This document shows, one piece after another, positions 30,585 to 39,964 of a stretch of 64,000 nt of DNA (position 1 is the stretch's first letter; every line of letters starts with the position of its first letter). The translations under genes and the position numbers were made by a program. The notes under the pieces are model-generated. The model made no database searches and was not told the origin of the DNA. It worked only from the letters and a program-made list of their open reading frames with translations. The DNA is from an uncultured cyanobacterium (GTDB lineage Bacteria; Cyanobacteriota; Cyanobacteriia; Cyanobacteriales; CAWCAG01): positions 320,001 through 384,000 of the forward strand of contig CAWDOD010000003.1 of the NCBI GenBank assembly GCA_963803805.1, given 5' to 3'.

Positions 30585-31838
30585 CTAAACTGTACCTAAT
30601 CCTTTCGCTAATAATGCTGTACCAAAAGCAGCTTCTGTATGAGGAGAAAGGAGAATAGGGACTTTGAGGTGGCGTTGGCGTAGATGTTGCCAGGTGGAAT
30701 TTTTTGCTCCTCCTCCGGCTGTATAGATATGTTTGAGGGGGCTTGCACCAAGGGATTGTAATAGTTGGTATCCTTTGGCTTCTATTTTTGCTATGCCTTC
30801 CAATAAACCGTGGAGAAACTCTACAGGATTTTCGGGACGAGGGGTTAATTTTGGGGGCAAGTTGGGGTTGTTGAGGGGGAAGCGATCGCCGGGATTAATG
30901 AGGGGATAATAATCGAGATTAGTTGCTTGGTGAGGATTGATTTTTTGGCTAAGTTCAACTAACTCTTTTGTGGTAAAGAAGTGTTGCAAAACTGCCCCCC
31001 CGGTGTTAGATGCACCTCCGGTTAACCACAACTCCCCTAAGCGATGGCTATAAATGCCGTATTGAGAGGCTTTGACGGGAGTTTGGCTTAATAATTTAAG
31101 CACTAAAGTTGAACCAAGGGAAGTTACTGCTTCTCCTGGTTGCTTTGCACCACTGGCGAGGAAAGCAGCAATACTATCGGTTGTGCCAGTGCAAACTAGA
31201 CAGTTTTTTGGCAAACCGTGATTAGAGGCAACCGCTTTACTTATTTCTCCAACAACAGTACCAGGAGGCAAAACTTTGGGTAAAAGAGATGCAAAGTCCG
31301 AATCTTCTAACCAAGAAGGATAACAGAGTTTTTCTACATCGTACCCTAACTTGAGGGCATTGTGATAGTCGCTGATACCTAATTTACCGTGGAGCAAAAA
31401 ACCTAACCAATCTGCTTGATGGAGGAAGTACTTACCTTGAGAAAAAACTGGCTGTTTCTTTAACCACAAGAGTTTGGCTAAACTTGATGTGGCACTACTA
31501 ACCACATGGTTTGCAGGGGCAATGGTTTGTAATTCCTTTAATACCTCAACTCCCCTTGCATCGTTGTACAAAATTGGTGTGGTAACAGGTTGACCTTGGT
31601 TATCGCACAGAAGTACTGTAGAGGATGTACCATTAATGGCGATTCTCTTAATTCCTGAGCGTATTTCTGGAGAAATTTGAGCTATTAAACTAAACAATGC
31701 CTGCCGCCACAACTCAGCTAAGTTTTCTTTTTGGGAATGAGCAAAAGAAAACTGTTCCTCTACCAGGATATTTTCTTGTTGATCAATTGCGATCGCCCTT
31801 GCGCCGGAAGTACCGAAATCTATACCGAGGTAATACAT
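30585..31838 (-). CDS. FGGY-family carbohydrate kinase
   Basis: LGIDFGTSGAR, GTTDSIAA, SLGSTLV and TAGGGA motifs; start MYYLG at 31838. Confidence 0.9.
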   Translation of the reverse strand: MYYLGIDFGTSGARAIAIDQQENILVEEQFSFAHSQKENLAELWRQALFSLIAQISPEIRSGIKRIAINGTSSTVLLCDNQGQPVTTPILYNDARGVEVLKELQTIAPANHVVSSATSSLAKLLWLKKQPVFSQGKYFLHQADWLGFLLHGKLGISDYHNALKLGYDVEKLCYPSWLEDSDFASLLPKVLPPGTVVGEISKAVASNHGLPKNCLVCTGTTDSIAAFLASGAKQPGEAVTSLGSTLVLKLLSQTPVKASQYGIYSHRLGELWLTGGASNTGGAVLQHFFTTKELVELSQKINPHQATNLDYYPLINPGDRFPLNNPNLPPKLTPRPENPVEFLHGLLEGIAKIEAKGYQLLQSLGASPLKHIYTAGGGAKNSTWQHLRQRHLKVPILLSPHTEAAFGTALLAKGLGTV

Positions 31839-32008
31839 AAGGAGTAGGGAGTAGGAGAAGTAGGGATTTTTGAAAATCTTTAGCAAATCTGCTTTAGGTT
31901 AAGTAAACAGAGTTATCATATTTAGTCTAGGTAGAGGAGTAAACCAACTTCTCTATTTAAAACTAAAACTTGTTTGTATATAAATTGCTATCGCATCTTA
32001 AATTCACC

Positions 32009-33292
32009 ATGACTCAAACTAACTTAGATTTTTTAGCTCAAACAGATCCCAAAGTTGCAGAAATCCTGAACTTAGAACTTCAACGCCAAAGAAGTCATTT
32101 AGAGTTGATTGCTAGTGAGAACTTTACTTCCCCAGCAGTAATGGCTGCCCAAGGTTCGATGATGACTAATAAGTATGCAGAGGGGTTGCCGGGGAAACGC
32201 TACTATGGTGGCTGTGAATATCATGATCAAGTGGAACAATTAGCCATAGATCGGGCTAAAGAGTTATTTGGTGCAGCTAGTGCCAACGTTCAACCCCATT
32301 CTGGGGCGCAAGCTAACTTTGCTGTCTTCCTGACTTTACTAAAACCAGGAGACACCATTATGGGTATGGATTTAGCCCATGGTGGACATTTAACCCACGG
32401 TTCCCCAGTTAATGTTTCTGGTAAGTGGTTTAAGGTGGTGCAGTATGGCGTTAACCCCGATACAGAAAGATTAGACTTTGGGCAGATTCGGGAATTAGCG
32501 AAAAAAGAACAACCTAAGTTAATTATTTGCGGCTACTCTGCTTATTCTCGTACCATTGACTTTGCTAAGTTTCGGGAGATTGCCGATGAAGTGGGGGCAT
32601 ACTTACTCGCAGACATCGCCCACATTGCTGGTTTGGTAGCCACAGGACACCATCCTAACCCCATTCCTCACTGTGATGTTGTCACCACAACCACCCACAA
32701 AACTCTCCGTGGCCCCCGTGGCGGCTTGATTCTTAGTCGTGATGCAGATTTAGGTAAAAAGTTAAATAAAGGGGTCTTCCCCGGCACTCAAGGGGGACCT
32801 TTAGAACACGTAATTGCAGCTAAGGCAGTGGCTTTTGGGGAAGCTTTGAGTAATGATTTCAAAAACTACTGCGGACAGGTAATTAGCAACGCCCAAACTT
32901 TAGCCACAGGGTTAAACAAAAGAGGGTTTAAGATCGTTTCTGATGGTACAGACAACCACCTCCTGTTAGTGGATTTGCGTTCCATTGGCATGACAGGTAA
33001 ACGTGCCGATGCCCTGGTGAGTGAAGTAAACATTACTGCTAATAAAAATACGGTTCCTTTTGATCCGGAATCACCGTTTGTTACCAGTGGTTTGCGCCTG
33101 GGTTCCCCGGCTATGACAACTAGGGGGATGGGTAGTAAAGAGTTTACGGAAATTGCTAATATTATCGCCGATTGTCTTTTAAATCCAGAGGATGAGGCGA
33201 TTAAAAGCGATTGTAAAAATAGGGTGACTGCTTTATGCGATCGCTTCCCCCTTTATCCTCATTTGCAAATTCCTGTCCCAGCTTTAGCGTAG
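32009..33292 (+). CDS. glyA: Serine hydroxymethyltransferase
   Basis: [14 protein letters not shown] and [14 protein letters not shown] motifs; start MTQTN at 32009. Confidence 0.98.
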   Translation: MTQTNLDFLAQTDPKVAEILNLELQRQRSHLELIASENFTSPAVMAAQGSMMTNKYAEGLPGKRYYGGCEYHDQVEQLAIDRAKELFGAASANVQPHSGAQANFAVFLTLLKPGDTIMGMDLAHGGHLTHGSPVNVSGKWFKVVQYGVNPDTERLDFGQIRELAKKEQPKLIICGYSAYSRTIDFAKFREIADEVGAYLLADIAHIAGLVATGHHPNPIPHCDVVTTTTHKTLRGPRGGLILSRDADLGKKLNKGVFPGTQGGPLEHVIAAKAVAFGEALSNDFKNYCGQVISNAQTLATGLNKRGFKIVSDGTDNHLLLVDLRSIGMTGKRADALVSEVNITANKNTVPFDPESPFVTSGLRLGSPAMTTRGMGSKEFTEIANIIADCLLNPEDEAIKSDCKNRVTALCDRFPLYPHLQIPVPALA

Positions 33293-33298
33293 TTATTT

Positions 33299-33341
33299 GT
33301 AGGGTGGGCAGTGATCATTAATTTCTCCTTGCCCACCTTAC
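33299..33341. repeat. GTAG-type REP palindrome overlapping the 3' end of a convergent gene
   Basis: GTAGGGTGGGCA ... TGCCCACCTTAC. Confidence 0.65.
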
Positions 33342-33908
33342 AAAGCGTCTTCGATAAGCCAACAAAAAAGCCACAAGGAGGCAAGCAAAGCCAACAACAG
33401 CGGGAAACAAAACTGTGGTGAGGGAGTAATGTTCTAAAGCTAAGATAACTAAGAGATTGCGAACAGAAGAAAGGGCGAAAAAGCTTACCCTCTCCTCATA
33501 GGGTTGTATATAAGCCTTCCTGATGGTTGGCCCAAACCCAAATAGGTCTACAAGAGTGAGTATAACTACTGCCCACAAAGGGTTTGAGGTGAGAAACCAA
33601 CAAGGCAATGCCCAGAGTGCCGCTATGAAAAATAACCAATCAGTCTTGGTGATAACAGTGTCACCGCGCTTGAGATAGGCAAGTAGAGCAATGTAACTCG
33701 ATATCAAACCAGAAATACAGATAACCCAAGCCCCCGCACCGCCGCCACCTGCAAGTTGAGCAAAGGAGACAATCAAAGTGCCAAGTCCCCAGATTACCCA
33801 GGAGAAAACATGAGGCTTTGTTTCTCCCTGTTGAATAGAACGGATGTAGGGAAAAAATAGAGCGAATGTCAGGGCGGTAGCAATTGTACTTAGCAATTCC
33901 TTAGACAT
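33318..33908 (-). CDS. Multi-TM membrane protein (PQ-loop-like)
   Basis: About 7 hydrophobic segments; PYIRSI..G.TKPH..SW and PTIRKAY motifs. Confidence 0.7.
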   Translation of the reverse strand: MSKELLSTIATALTFALFFPYIRSIQQGETKPHVFSWVIWGLGTLIVSFAQLAGGGGAGAWVICISGLISSYIALLAYLKRGDTVITKTDWLFFIAALWALPCWFLTSNPLWAVVILTLVDLFGFGPTIRKAYIQPYEERVSFFALSSVRNLLVILALEHYSLTTVLFPAVVGFACLLVAFLLAYRRRFVRWARRN

Positions 33909-34013
33909 AACTATTAAGAAGAAACCACTAAGCTAAGATACGTTTAAACTAGTATTAATCAACTTAGCCTAATTTACCATCGTTTTTTTTGTTGAACAAG
34001 TTTTAGATTAATT

Positions 34014-34844
34014 ATGCGTCAAATTATTCCTTTACTGGCTACCCTCACAGCACTTATATCCCTTCAAGCTAGTGCTTCTCCTCTGTTAAATTCTCCTAGT
34101 AAATTTCTTCAGGCTCAAACTCAACAGCCCAATAGTGACTCAGGCTTGTCTTTGTTGATAGAATCTTTACGGGATTTTCTGCAATATGATACCCACACAA
34201 CACAATCCTACTTACAAGTAGATGGGCAATCTCCAGGAGTAGAATTTAAAGTTTACGTGCAAATTAATACTACAGTTAGCTCACCTAATAAGTTTCGCTC
34301 AGAAATTGTCTTCGGTCAATTAGGAGAGACTCCAGGTAATCGTTACGAAGTGATTTCTAATGGTGAAGATGTCTGGATTTACCAACCAGAGAAACAAATT
34401 TATCAGGTTACTGATTATGAAAGTTTTGACGGTTCCACTGATTCCTTTTTGATTGGTTTATCCTCTACTTTATTCTTACAAATTCCTCCTTTCTTCCGTA
34501 GTTTCCTTAATGAAGGTACAGACATTGCAATGATTGAGAGTCTACTAGGTTCTAGTGTTCCTGATTCTCTTAGTGGCGAAGCGGTTACTATTGAAGGACA
34601 ACAATATGCTGCTTATGAGTTTAATGATGAGGATTCTGGTTTTAATATTGGGGTGGTTTTAGATCCTGTTAACAAAACACTCAAACAAGTTAATTTTCAA
34701 GGAGTTAGCGAAGAGCTAAATATAGAAGCTACTGAGCAAATTAGTAGCAGAGTTGCTAACCCTCCAGTAACTACTGATACTTTCAATTTTGTACCCACAG
34801 AAGAAATGACAGAAGTAGAAGAAATTAAGGTTAGTCCTATTTAA
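34014..34844 (+). CDS. Exported LolA-like / DUF2092 protein
   Basis: Signal peptide; PNKFRSEI, VISNGEDVWIY and C-terminal FNFVP motifs. Confidence 0.7.
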   Translation: MRQIIPLLATLTALISLQASASPLLNSPSKFLQAQTQQPNSDSGLSLLIESLRDFLQYDTHTTQSYLQVDGQSPGVEFKVYVQINTTVSSPNKFRSEIVFGQLGETPGNRYEVISNGEDVWIYQPEKQIYQVTDYESFDGSTDSFLIGLSSTLFLQIPPFFRSFLNEGTDIAMIESLLGSSVPDSLSGEAVTIEGQQYAAYEFNDEDSGFNIGVVLDPVNKTLKQVNFQGVSEELNIEATEQISSRVANPPVTTDTFNFVPTEEMTEVEEIKVSPI

Positions 34845-34856
34845 AAGAAACAACTA

Positions 34857-34911
34857 TATCCCCCTATCTCCCCATCAAACCTAATAAGTAAATTAAATGC
34901 CTGATAGCTTA
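34857..34911. repeat. Partial copy (right end) of the 37836-37963 MITE-like element
   Basis: 54/55 nt identical to 37909-37963. Confidence 0.85.
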
Positions 34912-35076
34912 ACGTATCCTACACCTGGAGATTTGAGTTCTTTTAGTCCAGTAGGGCGATACATCGTTACCGTTTCATTTGTGGACATATATATGAATTA
35001 ATTTAAACCTGTTGTCGTTGAATAAATACTATATTGTTGGGTGAACAAAGAAAGCTAAGAATAGTGAAACAAATTA

Positions 35077-36972
35077 TCAAGAAAATTGCCAAATTTTAAC
35101 AGTTTTATCACGGGAAGCACTAGCAATAATTTTACTATCAATACTGACAGCTACACCTAAAACTCCTGAATCATGTCCAGCTAATTCATGCAACAAACTA
35201 CCGCTACTAGGATGGTAAATTCTTACCACCTTATCTTGATTGCCACTAATTAAAAGATTGCCCTCGTTGTTCATCGCCAAGGCATTAACTGGGGTTGAGT
35301 TAGAAGTTATTTCTTTAATTAAGTTACCATCTTCTAGTTGCCAAAACTTAATCGTGCCGTCACTGCTAGAACTAATCATAATTCTATCACTGGGGGTATA
35401 AACTAAAGAAGTAACTTCTTGGCTATGGGCCTTGATTCCTTGCCTTAATTGGTAACTTTGTAAATCCCAAAACTTCACTGTGCCATCGCTACTACCACTA
35501 ACTAAATTATGACCATCAGAACTAATTTGTAAACTCTGGATAGGATTTTCTTGGGTAGGGAAAGTATGTTTGAGTTCATTAGTGGTTAAGTCCCAGAGTT
35601 TAATGGTTTTATCCGCACTACCACTAACCAAAACTTCTCCATCACTACTAATTGCTAAAGTTCTAATCCAGCCTGTATGCCCCGTTAAGTTAGTAATCTC
35701 TTCTCCTGTTTCTATTTGCCAAATCTTAATTTGATTATCCCAACTCGCACTAATAATTCTTTCCCCTTCAGGGCTAAAAAACACTGCTTCTACCAAGCTT
35801 TGATGCCCTAAGAAATTTTGTTCTAATTTCTTGCTGTTTAAGTTCCAAACTTTCACACTTCTATCCGCACCACAACTAGCAAGGTATTTACCATCCAAGC
35901 TAAAACTTAAACTATGAACGGAACTTAAATGTCCTTTTAAAGTAGCTAAACAATGCCACGTAGGAGCTAAAGTAGATAGAGTAGATTTGGGAAGAGTTTG
36001 TTTTTGCTTAGGAGAAAGAGTGATAGTTTGACCAGAATTAAGATCTTGATAAACTTCCGTTGCTGATTGATAGCGTTCTTGAACTTTATCTGCTAACATT
36101 TTGTTAATTACTGCTGCAAATTTGTCAGTAACAGGATTAAGTAAATAATCTTGCCAGACCCATTTAGCTTCATAGCGACTAAAGAGATCGAAAGGATCTA
36201 TTTGAGTTAGTAAGTAAATACAAATCACTCCTAAACTATAAATATCGCTAGCATAAATAGCTTGTCCCATTAATTGTTCTGGGGCAGTATAAGAAGCAGA
36301 ACCAATTACTGTTCCTTGTTTAGCTAAAGCGGTTTTTGTAGTTACTTTTGCGGCACTGAAATCAACAATAAATAATGTTGCTTTTTCTTGTTGAACGGCA
36401 GTAATTTCTATTTCTGTAAGTTCTTTCTGAAAGCGAGAAGAGTAAATAATATTGTTAGGATTAAGGTCACGATGAATTACTCCTTGGTCGTGGATAAATT
36501 GTAAAATAGATAGTAATTCCTTGAGGAACTCTTTAACTTTGTTTTCTGACCAAGCCCCTTCATTCATCAACCTTTCTTGTAAGCTTTCTCCGGTAATCAA
36601 TTCTTGAACTACAGTAGGTAAACCAGAAGGGGAAGTAAGGTTTTCATTTTCAAAGTAACCTAAAAGAGATGGTATTTGTGGATGTTGACCAACTTTTTGT
36701 AATTGCTGACAAATTGTCCGAAATTTTGTGACAGCCTCTTGACTATTTTTAGTTCCTTGATTAAGAAGTGAAACTTGTTTGATTACACATTCTGTTGGTT
36801 GAAGATTGGCTTCATCTCTTCCTAAAAAAGTCCGACCAAAACCTCCTTGACTGATAAGCTTAATAGCACGAAAGCGATTTCCTAAGCTTAACTGAGAACC
36901 ACAATTAGTACAAAATTTTCCTGAATCAGAATTTTGTGGTTTGCTACAAGTAGGATTGAGGCAATAAGTCAT
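35077..36972 (-). CDS. Ser/Thr kinase-like domain + WD40 repeats with 4-Cys N-terminal prefix
   Basis: YCLNPTC..FCTNCG prefix; kinase domain (HRDLN, DFS, APE); seven WD40-type repeats. Confidence 0.9.
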   Translation of the reverse strand: MTYCLNPTCSKPQNSDSGKFCTNCGSQLSLGNRFRAIKLISQGGFGRTFLGRDEANLQPTECVIKQVSLLNQGTKNSQEAVTKFRTICQQLQKVGQHPQIPSLLGYFENENLTSPSGLPTVVQELITGESLQERLMNEGAWSENKVKEFLKELLSILQFIHDQGVIHRDLNPNNIIYSSRFQKELTEIEITAVQQEKATLFIVDFSAAKVTTKTALAKQGTVIGSASYTAPEQLMGQAIYASDIYSLGVICIYLLTQIDPFDLFSRYEAKWVWQDYLLNPVTDKFAAVINKMLADKVQERYQSATEVYQDLNSGQTITLSPKQKQTLPKSTLSTLAPTWHCLATLKGHLSSVHSLSFSLDGKYLASCGADRSVKVWNLNSKKLEQNFLGHQSLVEAVFFSPEGERIISASWDNQIKIWQIETGEEITNLTGHTGWIRTLAISSDGEVLVSGSADKTIKLWDLTTNELKHTFPTQENPIQSLQISSDGHNLVSGSSDGTVKFWDLQSYQLRQGIKAHSQEVTSLVYTPSDRIMISSSSDGTIKFWQLEDGNLIKEITSNSTPVNALAMNNEGNLLISGNQDKVVRIYHPSSGSLLHELAGHDSGVLGVAVSIDSKIIASASRDKTVKIWQFS

Positions 36973-37037
36973 TTTTTTAGGTGATGGGTAATGGCTGTTA
37001 CTATTTCCTAGAAATGATCTAAGAAGGAAAATTAATT

Positions 37038-37817
37038 ATGAGCTTTAAATTGAATAATGTTGTTCCTTGGGGACGTTCTTTTGTTGAATATACTAAGATG
37101 TTTAGTCTAACAGAAGCTGATTTAGAAAAGAAAATTCTTGATTGTGCAGGTGGCCCTGCTAGTTTTAATGCAAAAATGAACTATGGTGGGAATAAAGTTA
37201 TTTCTTGTGACCCAATCTACCAGTTTACAGAAGCAGAAATAAGAAGTCGCATTCAAGAAACTTCTTCACTTATTGTTGCTGGATTACAAGCTAGCTTAGA
37301 TAGATTTGTTTGGCAAGAAATAGAATCTCCCTTAGAATTATATAGGCTCAGAATGGAAGCAATGGATAAGTTCTTGAGAGATTTTCCCCAGGGTAAAGCT
37401 GAAGGACGCTATCTTAGTCGAAAACTTCCTAAACTTGAGGATTTGGAGTTTAATGCTAATAAACTACCAATTATTTGGCTACTCCTGCGAAAATTTGATG
37501 TCATAGCTGGTACTATATTTCTGCACCAACATCTTCCTTTCTCGGACAATAGTTTTGACCTCGCTTTATGTAGCCACTTTCTTTTTACTTACTCAGAACA
37601 ACTTTCTTTTAATTTTCATCTAACTGCGATTTTAGAATTATGTAGGGTAGCTAAAGAGGTGAGAATTTTCCCTCTTTTAGAAAATTTCACAGGCGAAGTT
37701 TCTCCTCACCTTCAACCAGTTATTAAGCAACTAGCAGAAAGAGGGTATGAAGTAAATATTAAAGAAGTTGCCTACGAGTTTCAACAGGGAGGTAATCAAA
37801 TGTTACAGGTTATTTGA
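37038..37817 (+). CDS. Class I SAM-dependent methyltransferase
   Basis: VVPWGRS, ILDCAGGPASF, FDLALCSHFLF and EFQQGGNQML motifs. Confidence 0.85.
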   Translation: MSFKLNNVVPWGRSFVEYTKMFSLTEADLEKKILDCAGGPASFNAKMNYGGNKVISCDPIYQFTEAEIRSRIQETSSLIVAGLQASLDRFVWQEIESPLELYRLRMEAMDKFLRDFPQGKAEGRYLSRKLPKLEDLEFNANKLPIIWLLLRKFDVIAGTIFLHQHLPFSDNSFDLALCSHFLFTYSEQLSFNFHLTAILELCRVAKEVRIFPLLENFTGEVSPHLQPVIKQLAERGYEVNIKEVAYEFQQGGNQMLQVI

Positions 37818-37835
37818 ACTGTTAGGTATTTAGAT

Positions 37836-37963
37836 TAAGCTGATGTGCATTTAAACTGTGTATTACTCAACTAGGAAATAAGCTCTAAAACCCTCCCCCC
37901 AATCTCCCTATCCCCCTATCTCCCCATCAAACCTAATAAGTAAATTAAATGCCTGACAGCTTA
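37836..37963. mobile_element. 128-bp MITE-like element with TAAGCTG...CAGCTTA termini
   Basis: Left end TAAGCTGATGTGCATTTAA; right end reverse complement TAAGCTGTCAGGCATTTAA. Confidence 0.7.
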
Positions 37964-38047
37964 GTTGCCAGGGTAGGGGGATAGTCAGTTTTTCAATAGT
38001 CAACAGTAAATTAGTGGAGTGGACATTGCCCACTCCTTGTTTCTATT

Positions 38048-39655
38048 CTAAATTTCTCTCAATTCAAAAACTCCCAAAATTTGACGTAATTGATCCTTAA
38101 AGTCACCTCTAATTACTAACTTTCCTTTTTCTCTAAAGTAACGGTTACTTTGAAAACATAATTCTGTAGCAAATTGAGGAGATTTGAGAATTAAATCAAC
38201 TTCTCCGGTACTACTAATTATGCCTTGCACATTATCAGCATTGTTGTATTGGTTATCTGGAAAATAATTGCTTAAAAATTGACCATTTTGTTGAAGATTA
38301 ACTGTTTTTAAACGAGTAACTTGCTGAGTAAATACTAGTTGCCACAAGGCTTGTTCTGCACTTAAATCCACAACCGATGGCTTTTGCTCAGTTGGATGAT
38401 TAATATCTTTAGTAAAAGAACTATTAAAGTCGAGAGATTTAAGGGAGTAATTACCACTAAAAAAAGCTAAAATCAAGAGTAAAGCAAAAACGAAAGCTTG
38501 CCAATTCCAGGTAACAAAAGTAGTCATAACTTTTTTTGCAAATTGTACAATCTCTTCTAATAAGCTAGGAGGTTTTAGCTTTTTTTCTAACTCAATAGGT
38601 GAAGCCGTAGGATTTTGAAAAATCATCGGCAACCAGCTTGCACAGGGAAATTCACTTTCTAGACCTTGTAAACGTTCTCTTGCTTCTCTTACTGCACAAT
38701 GAAGAGATTTGCTTTCTATCCAAGCGGTGAGAAAATGTTTTAAAAAGTCTTGGGCTACTCGGTCAGGTACTAACTCGCGCATCACAATTGTTTGGGGAAT
38801 TTGTAACTCATTCAATTGTTGAGCTAAACCTAAACCATCACAAGAATTCAAAATAGCAAGCTGCAAACCATTAGTAACAGCTTGCCTTAAACCATAACGA
38901 AGTTCATCAATGGTTAAACTTTCAGTTTGATTAAGATAAATTCGCCCGGTTTCTCCTTCAGTTTCGCTGTGACCAGCAAAAAAGATAATATCCCAAGGAT
39001 GCTGCCATAACTGTTCATTGAGTTTTTGATGTTGGGGTTCAACTAGAAAGACTACCTTAGTATTAGGTAAACTCTCCAAATACTCGCGGTCTGCATTGAT
39101 ATTAATACCTTCACTATGACCAAGAATAGCTAACACCCTTAATTTACCTTTATTAAATACTGGAGTTGCTATTTTATTACGTTCTAAATGGTAACTACCC
39201 ATAACCACCTCGGCTTGAGGATAACGTTCTACTAAATCCCAAAGATGCCAAGGTAGTTTTGGTAAATTAGCATCTTGGCTACGAACTAAAACCTTAATTT
39301 CTTCATCTCGACTCAAAGTTTCTCGAATACGCTTATCAAGGGGTAGAAACTCCTCAGAATTGAGCCATTGATTAAAAAGTCCCCTTAGCTGTAAACTTGA
39401 CTGTTGGCAGGCTGCCAGCTTTTTATTAGGGGAACCGTCATAAAGGACTCTTTTCGCCTTAAGACGGGCAGGGCTGCCAAGGCTACGATATTGATGATGC
39501 CAATGTTGTGTTAAGCAATGGGCTAATTCTGGAGATTTAGGCAAATAACCACAGGTTTCTATTTCTGGAAGTTGCTCTTGTTTACCAACTTCTAAATTAA
39601 CTCGAAAGCCTTGGTGTAAATCTCCATCTAACTTGAGGACTACTAACTTATCCAT
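38048..39655 (-). CDS. CHAT (caspase-like) domain protein with C-terminal TM
   Basis: LPWHLW, FFAGHS (His), ILNSCDG (Cys), VMRELVPD and WLPMIFQ motifs; TM near residue 390. Confidence 0.88.
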   Translation of the reverse strand: MDKLVVLKLDGDLHQGFRVNLEVGKQEQLPEIETCGYLPKSPELAHCLTQHWHHQYRSLGSPARLKAKRVLYDGSPNKKLAACQQSSLQLRGLFNQWLNSEEFLPLDKRIRETLSRDEEIKVLVRSQDANLPKLPWHLWDLVERYPQAEVVMGSYHLERNKIATPVFNKGKLRVLAILGHSEGININADREYLESLPNTKVVFLVEPQHQKLNEQLWQHPWDIIFFAGHSETEGETGRIYLNQTESLTIDELRYGLRQAVTNGLQLAILNSCDGLGLAQQLNELQIPQTIVMRELVPDRVAQDFLKHFLTAWIESKSLHCAVREARERLQGLESEFPCASWLPMIFQNPTASPIELEKKLKPPSLLEEIVQFAKKVMTTFVTWNWQAFVFALLLILAFFSGNYSLKSLDFNSSFTKDINHPTEQKPSVVDLSAEQALWQLVFTQQVTRLKTVNLQQNGQFLSNYFPDNQYNNADNVQGIISSTGEVDLILKSPQFATELCFQSNRYFREKGKLVIRGDFKDQLRQILGVFELREI

Positions 39656-39964
39656 AATAATGACCTGGACAAAAGGATGTTGAGGTTAGTCCCAAAAAGA
39701 AATATTCTCTAGTCAAGCAAATACCATAGATGTCACTGAGATTAGATAAATTTATGCCTCAGTAGTTATATGGATTGAATCACTTGTCAGAGTCTCTATC
39801 TAAGGGAGTATACCGCTACATCAGGTTAAATTAGGGTAGGTGTCCTGAAGCAAGGCCAATTCATGAGGGGCTATAACTCTTATTTTGTGGGCTATAGAAA
39901 CTTCATCAATGGTAATCAACTTCGGGACAAATTGAATTTCTGGGAAAAATAATCAATTGTATTT

